Source of the DNA: Chiloscyllium plagiosum
Taxonomy: Eukaryota
NCBI RefSeq assembly: GCF_004010195.1
Contig: NC_057750.1
Coordinates: 8,098,084 to 8,162,083, forward strand
Length of the DNA stretch: 64,000 nt
Direction of reading: 5' to 3'
Part shown: positions 38,951 to 51,082 of the stretch, one piece after another
Layout: each line of letters begins with the position of its first letter
Position numbering within the stretch: the stretch's first letter is position 1
The notes under the pieces: generated by a model
Database searches by the model: none
The model's input: the letters and a program-made list of their open reading frames with translations, nothing else
Told to the model about the DNA's origin: nothing
Made by a program: the position numbers and the translations under genes

Positions 38951-40843
38951 TCATAATTACTTCAAATGACTTTGTTACACATTACACCTATTGATAACCT
39001 TAGATATTTGTGGACCAATTGTGTGCTTGGGAAGAGAAAATAAAAAATGAATCCTAAAATAAGCATAATTAGCAATCAGGAAGCAAGGTTGAATTTCATT
39101 ACTTTTACCGTATTTCTAATAGTACTTTAAGTTCTGTGCAACTATATCAAAACAACTTCAGATTTGGGATGGAAATTGATATTTATGGAGTGAATTATTG
39201 TTTGTGGAGTGATTTATATGATTTGCTGTTTGTGGGAGTTTGCCTTCCTCTCTTTGCAGTAATAGCTTTAATTCAAAATAAATTCTCTACACCCATGCTG
39301 GATAGTAGCACATGCTGAAATGTATAATTGGGTGAATGTTAGGGCAAATGGGTGTCTGCACTTTCTACAGTTAAATAGCCAGCTGCTACATGTGTATCTT
39401 GGGATTAAATGCTCAGGCTGGCATTTTCCAAGGTCTTGAACTGAGTGCCTAGGGGCGCAGTGAAGCTTAGGGCAAATGTGCAATAGGGCAAGGTTGCTAT
39501 TTTTATGCCTTGCAGTTGGAGTGTGCTAAGGGGTTAGAACCCTGCAGGCTGTTCACCTTTAGAAAATAAATCAAGAATGTTGAAAATGTATTGAGCCATT
39601 TTAGAATGGAATGTGATGAATGGAAAAAAAAATCAATTTATTTTCTTGTGATTTGAAATGTTTGATCTTTGGGCTGTATGCCTGATGTGGAATGTGTTTT
39701 GTAAATATTAAGGAAATGGCAAATGTATAGAGTAGAACATGCTGTATGCAGGCAATTTGAATGTTATTGCAAATCATGTAAAATTCATGTTTTGTAATTT
39801 TACAAAGGTGGGTTTCTTATTTTTCTTTTTAAAAAAAAAAATCACAATGAAAAGTGACTCCCTTTCTTAACCTAGTGGAGGTCTCTCAACGTCTTTGGAA
39901 ACCCTGCTCCAAAGAATAGTAACTGTAGCAAAGAAGTTAAAACATGAATTGAAACTGTCAGGAAGTTGGGGGGGGGCAAATGTCTCTTTCATCTCATGGC
40001 ATGTCTTGAGTTTTCCATTATGTTACACTTCAACAGTACATGTGGGAGAGTTATGTCGACTTAGTCATTGAATATGAAAGCAATATTTATGGAGCCTGTG
40101 ACGACAAAAAGAATAGGAGTACGAGTGGCCATATGGCTCCTTGAACCTGCTCTGCTGTTTACATAGTGTCTGGTCCTTAACCTCTGCACTTGCCTGTCCC
40201 TAAATTTCTTTCAATATCCAAAAATCAATTGATCTTATCCACTCAATGGCTGAGAGTTCATACCTGTATAGGATAGAGAATTCAAAGAAAAACAGAACTT
40301 TTGACTCATGCCCATTTTTTTGTTGTCAGCATTCATTCAAGTAATCAGAATCCAGTCTTCCTTCTGGAAAATACTTTGTTCATAGAAGCTCTCAGTAACT
40401 TGGATTAGTTTATCATGAGGTGTTTGCCTTTAGAGGAATAATGTATATGATGATGACTAAGTGTCATGGTAGAAGTGAAGTATGTTTAGTACTTTTTCAG
40501 GCCCAGCCATTCCTGTGTTAAGTTCTTTTTCCTGAGATCGTTACACACTTGATGCAACTGCAACGCGCCAACTTTAGTGAACAACCAAAATTTTATTAAG
40601 CACAATATGGCACAAGTTGTGGAGAAATTCTTAACATTCTTTGCCATGCTTGGGAAGCGTGTCAAGAGATCACCCTGAACAAAGGAAGTCCTTTCTTTAT
40701 ACAAAATTTTTACATCACAGTCAGTAATGCCCACAAGACAACCTCCCAGACACTCCTCCACAGTCACATGCCCTTCAAGTCACAATGCAGTGACCACATC
40801 ATTTCCAGAAACAGTATAATGTAAATCATCCCTTAATGGTCAA

Positions 40844-41255
40844 ATAGAATCATAGTCATAGAGATGTACAGTATGGAAACAGATCCTTCGGTCCAACCTG
40901 TCCATGCCGACCACATATCCCAACCCAATCGAGTTCCACCTGCCAGCACCATATCCCTCCAAACCCTTCCTATTCATATACCCATCCAAATGCCTCTTAA
41001 ATGTTGCAATTGTACCAGCCTCCACCACTTCCTCTGGCAGCTCATTCCATACACGTACCACCCTCTGTGTGAAAAACTTGCCCCATAGGTCTCTTTTATA
41101 TCTTTCGCCTCTCACCCTAAACCTATGCCCTCTAGTTCTGGACTCCCCGATCCCAGGGAAATGACTTTGTCTATTTATCCTAACCATTCCCCTCATAATT
41201 TTGTAAACTTCTATAAGGTTGTAAACCTCAGCCTCAGACGCTCCAGGGAAATCAG
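40844..41255 (-). mobile_element. Young CR1 (HER1-like) 3' end
   Basis: Minus-strand ORF LIEVYKIMRG...SRTRGHRFRVRGERYKRDLWGKFFTQRVVRVWNELP. Confidence 0.92.
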
Positions 41256-42149
41256 CTCTGTTGCAAATTTTTTTTAAACTACAGGGAGTAGTCAAAATTC
41301 CAATTGTTATGTTTTTATTGATTTTGGGCGATGATGCTAATGTAAATTATCTCTGCATCATAGGAGACAGTCATGTAAATAGCTCTGAATGGCAAAGGAT
41401 GGGAATGTAAATTCCTTACAATCTACCTGTAAGTCAGAGGCATCTCACCCTAGCCTTGGGACATCCAATTTCCTGCAGGTCAGCAGAGCAAATTAACTGT
41501 AATATCACACATGTGCCAAAGAAATGTTGTGCATCTTATGTACAAGATATAGCCTATTCAATTTGTTTTCCCCAAAAGGTAACCTAGCTAATTTCTGTCA
41601 CACTCATTCTTTTTGTCTTGTGTGGATTCCATTTCTAATGTTGTCTTCTGCTTGTCTATCCAGTGAGTGTCAATATTTTTAGATCTCCTTTAATAAAAGC
41701 ATTTTTGACAAGTTTGAACAGAGTATTTGCCAAGTAACACACATTCAGTATAGCAATGGTGTACAGAATTTAAGACCTTTTTGAGGGAATCCATGTGATA
41801 ATTTTGTGGTCTGCTTTGAGCAATTGGCCTCTTCAATGTGCTGTTATTGCTTCTTTTGCTGATCTGAGTGGTTTACCAAGCAATCTGGATTCTGTATACT
41901 GTCCGTGGAATGAATGAGTATCAGTAAATGAGGGTTGTGCTTTCTTTTCTGGGATATATTTCTATGTTAATGAAATTGCAATGTGCTTAAAATGATTCAC
42001 CGCTTCAGTAATTAGTGCTTTGTTTACAACTGCAAAAATGATAAAGTGGTTAGAAAATTTAAATAAGCTACTGAATTTACTGTCTTGGAGTAGTCAAGGA
42101 CACTTTTTTAAATTGAATATTGTGATGATTGAGTATTAGAAATTAAAGG

Positions 42150-42339
42150 AGAAAGTGAGGACTGCAGATGCTGGAGATCAGAGCTGAAAATGTGTTGCTG
42201 GAAAAGCACAGCAGGTCAGGCAGCATCCAAGGAGCAGGAGAATCGACGTTCCGGGCATGAGCCCTTCTTCAGGATTCCTGAAGAAGGGCTCATGCCCGAA
42301 ACGTCGATTCTCCTGCTCCTTAGATGCTGCCTGACCTAC
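42150..42339. mobile_element. Family A fold-back PLE/hammerhead element with 18-bp TSD
   Basis: Exact direct repeat agtattagaaattaaagg at 42132-42149 and 42340-42357; inverted arms centred on ttcaggattcctgaa. Confidence 0.9.
42278..42305 (+). ncRNA. Minimal (PLE-type) hammerhead ribozyme motif with intact core
   Basis: CUGAAGA-A-GGGC(UCAU)GCCC-GAAAC-GUC; helix III is reduced to the palindrome ACGU. Activity is not demonstrated. Confidence 0.65.
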
Positions 42340-42871
42340 AGTATTAGAAATTAAAGGCTATTTACATGGCTCTTCTAGATAAGTGATAGAAATGCTATGA
42401 TTAGCTCGAAAGAAGAAGAATGTAGCTGAACTCCATTTAGAAGTTGTGTAGATATTGGGTGTATTTGAATTGGGATTGGATGTTATCAAAAGGTTGGCAG
42501 CATACTCTGTCTAGACTCACACCTGCGTCACTTGTCTGAGGTAGTAATAGGTTTCCTGGTCCATGGGGGATGAGGTTTGTAATGTATTCCCAGTGTTATA
42601 AATCATCAGAATCTAGTATCAAAGAGAGAAATTAATGAGAAGAGAATAAAGTAAATGGGTACTGAGAAATTCTTTTTCTTCTTCTCTTGATGCTCACTTG
42701 TCCGGCTTCCCTTGTTGCACCTTTTGTATTTGAGCTCATTTAAAAATTGCCCACACCTAAACTGTCACTGTCTTGCCCCTGCTCTAGTTTCCCTGCCTTA
42801 ACACCTGGTCTAACAAGTCTGTGATTTCTCCCATTCTTCCTTTATTCGTGTTCACAATCCCTTCACCACTT

Positions 42872-43975
42872 CATTTGATAAGGTTCCCCATGGTAGGCTC
42901 ATTCAGAAAGTCAGGAGGAATGGGATACAGGGGAACTTAGCTGTCTGGATACAGAATTGGCTGGCCAACAGAAGACAGCGAGTGGTAGTTGAAAATATTC
43001 TACCTGGAAGTCTGTGGTGAGTGGTGTTCCACAGGGCTCTGTCCTTGGGTCTCTTCTGTTTGTAATTTTTATTAATGACTTGAATGAGGGGATTGAAGGA
43101 CGGGTCAACAAGTTTGCAGATGACACCAGTTGGAGGTGTAGTTGACAGTATAGAGGACTGATGTAGGCTGCAGCGGAACATTGACAGAATGCAGAGATGG
43201 GCTGAGAGGTGGCAGATGGAGTTCAACCTGGATAAATGCGAGGTGATGCATCTTGGAAAGTCGAATTTGAGAGCTGAGTACAGGATTAAGGATAGGATTC
43301 TTGGCAATGTGAAGGAACAGAGGTGTGCAGGTACATGATCCCTTAAAATGGCCACCCAAGTGGACAGGGTTGTTAAGAAAGCATATGGTGTTTTGGCTTT
43401 CATTAACAGGGGGATTGAGTTTGAGTCATGAGATCTTGTTTCAGCTCTATAATACTTTGGAATACTGCGTCCAGTTCTGGTCGCCCTATTATAGAAAAGA
43501 TGTGGATGCTTTGGAGAGGGTTCAGAGGAGGTTTACCAGGATGCTGCCTGGACTGGAGGGCTTATCTTATGAAGAGAGGTTGACTGAGCTCGGGCTTTTT
43601 TCATTGGAGAAGAGGAGGAGGAGAGGGGACCTCATTGAGGTATACAAGATAATGAGAGGCATAGATAGTCGATAGCCAGAGACTATTTCCCAGGGCAGAA
43701 ATGACTAACACGAGGGGTCATAGTTTTAAGCTGGTTGGAGGAAAGTATAGAGGGGATGTCAGAGGTGGGTTCTTTACACAGAGTTGTGAGAGCATGGGAT
43801 GCGTTGCCAGCAGCAGTTGTGGAAGCAAGGTCATTGGGGACATTTAAGAGACAACTGGACATGCATATGGTCACAGAAATTTGAGGGTGCATACATGAGG
43901 ATCAGTGGTCGGCACAACATCGTGGGCTGAAGGGCCTGTTCTGTGCTGTACTGTACTGTTCTATGTTCGATGTTC
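42872..43975 (+). mobile_element. CR1 LINE, RT to 3' end
   Basis: [25 protein letters not shown] and LEYCVQFWSPYYRKD motifs, then the tail. Confidence 0.93.
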
Positions 43976-44600
43976 TCTTCTCCCTAACTCTGACCTGCTT
44001 CTGTGTTGTACGTCCTGTACAACCTTCCAGTCTCAGTGCTGCTCCAATTTTGAACTACTTGCAATTCCCTAATTTTTTTTCCCATGTATTTGACAGGGTG
44101 TGGCAATTGCTCATAGGGTAATATTTGTTGACCATCTCTATTTGCTCTTCAGCTGAGTAATTTGCTAGTGGGTCTTGAGTTGTATGTAGTCAAGATGAGA
44201 TTAGAATGGCAAATTTCCTTTCTTAAAGGGCATTGGTTACATCAGATGGGTTTTTACAGGAATCAATGATTGTTGCCGTCAAGTGAATTTAAATTTCCTC
44301 TTGTGAGAGTTGATCCTTTACCCCAAGACCGTTAGCCCAGGATCTGGACTAGTCACCCAGGGACATACCACCATTTCCCAGTTTTGATTACCCTGCTGTT
44401 ACTCTGTGGCCTGACCAGAAATTCTGGAATACCCTTCTCAAACCTCTTGTCACTCTAACTCACTTTTGACTTTAAGATGCTGCTTCAATCAAACAATTTG
44501 TCCTCTGTCTTAATACATTCTGATGGTGTATGATATTGGAATTAGTTTGAATGTGCCTCTCTGGAAAACCTTGGGACACTTTACCGTATTAAAGATGCTG

Positions 44601-46406
44601 CAAAGATTTACTGTTGTCATGGTTGTGGGTATGTTCGCTGAGCTGGGAAGTAGATGTTCCGTCCCTGTCTAGGTGACCCCTTCAGTGCTTTGGAGCCTCC
44701 TGTGAAGCGCTGCTGTAGTCTCTCTTCTGGAATTTATTTGGTTCCATTTCTGCTGCTTCCGGTTGCCAGTTCCGATTGTTCTTTGTAGCTGATGGTATAT
44801 TAGTTCTAGGTCGATGTGCTTGATGATGGAGTCTGTGGCTGAGTGCCATGCTTCGAGAATTTCTCTGGCTGTCCTATGTTTAGTTTGTCCTACAATCAAT
44901 TGTGTTGTCGCAGTCAAACTTGTGGTCCTTGCCATCTGTGTATGGTTACTAGGGACAGCAAGTCGCGACGCTTCGTCGCTAGTTGGTGTTTGTGGATGCA
45001 CATTTGATAGTTGTCTGCCTGTTTGGCCTCTACACTGTTTTGTGCAGTCTTTGCATGGAATCTTGTCAATTACATTTGTCTTGCACATGATGTGTATAGG
45101 GTCTTTTGTCCTGAGATTTTAGCCAGAGAGACAATAGCCAACCTCCTAAACAAGCAGAACAGACCACACGACTGGGAACCTATCAACAAGGACTGCGTGC
45201 TCAAACTACTAGACCTCTGCTTGATGATACACTTCACATTCATCAACCAAATATATGAACGGAACAGTTGAACACCAATGGGCTCACCCATTTCTGGACT
45301 CATAGCAGAAGCAGTGATGCAAAGATTGGAACACATAGCCCTACCCTAAATCCAACCCAAACTCTGGATTAGATGACTAGACAACGCTTTTGTTATCATT
45401 AAGAGAACAGAAATCAAGAACACCGGATTATCAACACCATACACATAAGGATCAGATTTACGAGAGAGGAGGAAACCAACAATCAACACATTCCTGGGTG
45501 TGATGGTATAAAGAACGCAGAATGGTGAATGCACCATAGAAGTGTACAAGAAAGCCACACACCCCGACCAGTTCCTGAATTACAATAGCAACCACCCAAA
45601 CACAGACCCCAGGCGGAACTGCATCGGACCCTCTTCGGAAAAGGCTGCAACACACTGTAGCACTGCTGACCTATGAAGGGAAGAAGAACACCTCTACAGA
45701 GTAAGAATGAGTATCGTGCAATTTCATCCGCAGATGCCTAGCAGCCATGCAACACGACGAGGACATTCCACGACTAACTCACCAACCACGCTACTCTGTA
45801 GAAAACACACCTCAGAACTGACAGTCAGATTTCTCTGACCACTGGGGTTTCTGACAGCCCATAAACTGCCAGCCATGCTCTGACAACAACTCACCAGGAC
45901 AAAAGACCCAGTACTCATCATGTGCAAGGTAAACGTAATTTACAGGATTCCATGCAAAAACTGGACGCAACACGATTTAGGGCAGACAACTAGCAATCCG
46001 CATCCATGAACACCAACTAGTCACTAAAATCCATGACCAGCTGTCCCTAGTAGCCCCACACACACACATGACAAGGACCACCAATTCGACTGGGACAACA
46101 CAACGATTGTAGGACAAGCCAAACATAGGATAGCCAAAGAATTTCTAGAAGCATGGTACTATGCCACAGACTCCATTAGCAAGCACATTGACCTAGACCA
46201 ATATACCAGCCATTGCACTGAGTAAGCAGAAGCAGCAGAAACTGAACCAAATAAATTCCAGAAGAGAGAGTACAGAGCGCTTCACAGGAGGCTCCAAAGC
46301 ACTGAAGATGTCATCTAGACAGGGGACAAAATGTCTGCAAATCAACTTCCCAGCTCGGTGAACATACCCACGTTTGCAACAACTAGCACCCGAGCTACAA
46401 ATCTTT
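44601..46406 (+). mobile_element. Penelope-like retroelement: decayed RT plus GIY-YIG endonuclease, preceded by an inverted copy of its 3' ~510 nt
   Basis: Plus strand TPMGSPISGLIAEAVMQRLE...PKLWIR*LDNAFVI (degenerate PLE RT motifs). GIY-YIG remnant NVIDKIPCKDCTKQCRGQTGRQL...REILEAWH on the minus arm. 44601-45111 is the reverse complement of ~45895-46406. Confidence 0.92.
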
Positions 46407-49400
46407 ACCTTTTAATGTAGTGTTGTGCTATGGTCTGATGGAGGTGAATTGATAACAATTAAAAGATGATCTGTGAAAGTTTTCTTCTAGATACTTGTTA
46501 AACAATACGTGAAAATATTTTCTGTTGTAAAGCATGATTTAATACTGTGTTTCCAAAAGTGCACTTCTTCAAATTTGTAAAGATACTCGTACAACATTTT
46601 GGGTTGGGCATTGCTTAAAACGAAAACCAAACCCAATTCTTTTCAGTAAAGGATGTTGTACCCCGAGGTGCCTGTGACCTTTCATTTACTGATTTATATT
46701 TACAATATTCATTTTCAAGCATGTAGCTCAATGCGTCTTAGACAACTTACAGTCTCTCGAACAGGAATATTTTGAGCAGTGTCCTTTCACTTTGAGTCTT
46801 TCTGGTGGCTGACCCAAGTATTAGTATGTCCCCCAACATGCATCCTAAAGTGCACAACTTGGTCACCAGCTCTTTACCCAGGAAAACTAGTAATTTGGGT
46901 TAGTACTACTCCAGCAATTAATTGATGTTTATCACCATATTGCCTTTGGAACAACCTGTAGAGTCGAGCACTAGGTTATGGAGCTGCTTGGATTGAAACT
47001 CAATACAAATCACAGCATCTCTTTCCAGGCTTCCTGTGTAAAGGCACATTTGATAGGAGGTGGGTGAGAGTGTCTTCCCCAAGTCATACACAAGTGGTGA
47101 GACTCCAAAGCATGCAGGAACATACTAGTCAAGTTACATGTTAGTGCTTACTTGAAAATCCTGATGAAGCATTCTGCAGAGCATCCATAGATGATATTGC
47201 TCAGCTCAATCATTGGCTTAGCCATTTGACAGTTTAAACTGTCCTTGTGAATCCAAATAAATTGAGTGAGACTGTTCTTTGGGAGTTGGCCCAGCCAATC
47301 CTTTGTCCCCTTATCTGCTGTGTCAGATTATTTTGAAGTTGCTGAACATATAATTCAGAGCAGCTGCAATAGGTACCAAAAGCTGTAAAAAGCAATTTTC
47401 CATGCTGAGAAGAAATTGAGCAGGTCAGTGCAATGTCTCCTTCCATTGTTAGTGAGAACATCATCATCAGATGCAAAGTGCTCTATTGGCCTTGCCCTAA
47501 TGGATACCTGTGTGTGCACTTGGACAAAGCTGTGTAGCTTTTTGCTATGCAAACATGTTATCAAGTTCTGATGTTATACCTATCCATGGACTTTGAGAAG
47601 AATAAATGTCAGTATTGGGATGCTTTATTCAGTTAATGCCACACCACCAGTTTATCATGGGGGGGAAAAATGCAGTGTGTTCATCAGGCAATGTATGGCC
47701 TTAAACATCTTTGAGATTCTGCAAGGAAAAGAGATGATAGATCCTGTTGCCTGGTCTCCTGAGCAAACTTTGAAAAAGTAACTTAGAGTGCCATATTGCA
47801 AAACTTAGTCATTAATTGACTGCAACAAAGTGTTGTTGAATCCACTCTATGCAAATTACTGTTTCTCGTCTTCTCAATCTATCTCCACAGATTTTAGTCT
47901 TCTGGTGGGTTAGCATATTTTTGTGTTGGCATGTGATAATTTCTATCATGATTTGTCATGGTTACAATGTTGACCAGGTCTTACTATTTCAAGTAAAACT
48001 CAAACATGATATGAGTGGCTTAGCATTGCAAACTAAGGAGCTCACTTTGGAGGAAAGTGATCTTATCTACTTTGGGCTTTTGAAAGGTGGGCGATGACTA
48101 GCGTTTTGCTGTTGGAATTAAATATTTGCATGATTAATCTCATTATTTGTGAAGTTTTTTTGAACTGATTAACATTTTTAAGAAGGTCAGAAGTAAAAGG
48201 ATGGGTAAATTTCATGGCATTGGCTGCTTTATTGGGAGTGTGGACTTAAATTTCATATTTGTCTTTAGTTAGTTGTGGATCAACTGGCAGGCAAATGATT
48301 GTCTGTTGTTTCCGCTGGTATCTGTTCTCCTTTCCCTCTTTTTAAATGTGTATGAAAGGAATCTCATAACAAGACCAGGTTATTTGTTACGGGAGGTTGT
48401 GAAAGATCCCCTTTTTTGCTTTGCTCAAGATGACGATGGACAGTGAGAGTGGAAACAGATTCTGAGAACTGAAAACTGTTAAATGTTACCATATCTTAAA
48501 TCTTTAGGGGAGTGGTATGTTTGAGTGAGGTGAGGCATCACATTTTGGCAGAATGCTAAACAAATGTTGACAAGAACATCCCTTGCACACTTGAGGAATT
48601 AAGTGGCAGCATCCCATTAGGTGGTGATGTTTATGTTCAATTTTATCATTTATTGATGTCCATTTCAGTCAAGGTTATTAAGTATTCTTCTAGTAAATAG
48701 TGACATCATTGCAAATTGAATGTAAGCATTCTTATTCATGATTATGCAAGGGAGTTGAATTTACATCTGTGCACATAGTTGTAACTTGATTGTTCCTTGG
48801 AATGTTGCAGTCTAGTTCAATAGCTGATTGAGCTATTTTCATAGCACTAATGCAATTTGTACAAAAGTAATTAATTTGGGTAAGAATTTGTATTTTCAGC
48901 TCTTCTAAAATGTGTAGATCATGAAACTGTTTGAAGTTTCAATATTGTCCAAAACCTTATCTGTATTGGCATTGCTTCCCTTTCCATTGGTATTTGTCCA
49001 TGTAACTATTGGGGGGAAAAAAGTTTTTAAGCATAGAATGAGAGAGCTTTTGCTTGTGGACCTTACTCCTTCCATATGGAATGTGTACCCTACCTTATTA
49101 TGCATTTTATCTGAATGATTTCATCTGAAGTAAAAGCATAAAATTGGAACAGAAGTAGGTCATTTGGCCCCTCAGCCCTACTCCATTCAATAATCTTGTG
49201 GCTGATTAGTTTGTATTTAGAATACCACATACTCATCTTTTTTCCTTTTGATTGAATCTAACTTTTTTGATTGCGTCTAACGTTTTTTTTGATTGCCTTG
49301 CCTAATAAGAAAAGAATATATCTACCTTTGCCTTAATATTTAGTGGCCAATTCCATTACCTTTTGAGGCACAAACCATCAGAGAGAGAAATTCTCCTCTA

Positions 49401-49464
49401 AATCCTGAAATACACCTCCACTTTCAATGTTCAGGACCCACCTTCAAGAGGAAACATCCTTTTC

Positions 49465-50266
49465 TGTTGTGAGATTAAACTGGACGATTTTTGTTTTCAT
49501 GTAGTTAATTTTAAGTTTGGATTTTCTGTCTAAAGTTCATAATTAACTTGTAAGTATTTCTGTAGCCATGGTGATCTCTCTTACAATAGTTTCAGAGCAC
49601 TCTATAGGCAGCACAAATGGCTTTTTTGTTAACCTTGGCATATTTTATGACTTTGCGAGATAAATCATTATGCTTCAAGGGCTGTTGGAAATTTCTAGAC
49701 TTGGGTTTCTTTTTAACCCTTACAGGGAACACACTCAGCTTAGAGGAAGAGACCTTTTATTTCGTTTTGGCCAGTTCCATGAAGCCTTTGGATAGCAATG
49801 GTTGTATAGAGCAGTGCTGCTGAGAATGTAGTAAAACTGGATTACTCTTGAGTAAGGAGTTAGTCTGTAACCAGAAGTGTTGGGATAAATCCCTGAAGAG
49901 GTTACAGAAGCTGATGACATTGGAGCTCAAGTATCTGATACATCCAGGAAGAAGCTAGTAGCATTTCCAGTCGAGGAGCTAAAGTCACAGCTGCCTTAAC
50001 CCTGTCAAGATATTTTTGGGAGTATTGTGATTATACTTGGTTTTTAAAAGTTTTTTTAGGATGTGTTGTAAGTAAATAACTTGGTTGATTGTCTCATTTC
50101 TTTTGACTTCTGTTTTATTGTTAACAAAATCTGCAACATTGTGTTCTGTGTTTCAATGAGGGATCAACTCATTTAAATCCAAATCAGAACAAAATATGAC
50201 CTATCAAACTTGTTTTAGACTTTGGGTATGACTTATCCAGTAGTAACATCAGCTGGGATCATAACA
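49465..50266 (+). mobile_element. Solo-LTR-like insertion
   Basis: TGTTG...ATAACA termini interrupting the CR1; no clear TSD seen. Confidence 0.45.
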
Positions 50267-50290
50267 CCATTTTCATCTTTTTTAATGTCT

Positions 50291-51082
50291 GAAAAATGTG
50301 TTGCTGGAAAAGCGCAGCAGGTCAGGCAGCATCAAAGGAGAAGGAGAATCGACGTTTTGGGCGTAAGCCGTTCAGGAATGAGGAGGGTGTGCCAAGCAGG
50401 CTAAGATAAAAGGTAGGGAGGAGGGACTTGGGGGGAGGGTCGTTGGGAATGCGATAGGTGGAAGGAGGTTAAGGTGAGGGTGATAGGCTGGAGAGGTGGT
50501 GGGGCGGNNNNNNNNNNNNNNNNNNNNNNNNNNNNNNNNNNNNNNNNNNNNNNNNNNNNNNNNNNNNNNNNNNNNNNNNNNNNNNNNNNNNNNNNNNNNN
50601 NNNNNNNNNNNNNNNNNNNNNNNNNNNNNNNNNNNNNNNNNNNNNNNNNNNNNNNNNNNNNNNNNNNNNNNNNNNNNNNNNNNNNNNNNNNNNNNNNNNN
50701 NNNNNNNNNNNNNNNNNNNNNNNNNNNNNGATTTCTCCAGCTTTCTCATTTCCCCTCCCCCCACCTTATCTCAGTCCCAACCCTCGGACTCAGCACTGCC
50801 TCCTTGACCTGCAATCTTCTTCCCGACCTCTCCTCCCCAACCCCCTGTCTGGCCTATCACCCTCGCCTTAACCTCCTTCCACCTATCGCATTCCCAACGA
50901 CCCTCCCCCAAGTCCCCCCTCCCTACCTTTTATCTTAGCCTGCTTGGCACACCCTCCTCATTCCTGAAGAAGGGCTTATGCCCAAAACGTCGATTCTCCT
51001 CCTTTGTTGCCTGACCTGCTGCGCTTTTCCAGCAACATATTTTTAAGCTCTGACCTCCAGTATCTGCAGTCCTCACTTTCTC
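50291..51082. mobile_element. Longer family A PLE inverted-repeat insertion spanning an assembly gap
   Basis: 50291-50507 is the reverse complement of ~50820-51045; TSD cttttttaatgtct (50277-50290) / cttttttaacgtct (51083-51096). Confidence 0.85.
50508..50729. other. Assembly gap (222 N)
   Basis: Run of N. Confidence 1.

Noticed and set aside
50372..50938. ORFs crossing the N run
   Set aside because: Artefacts of translating the gap.
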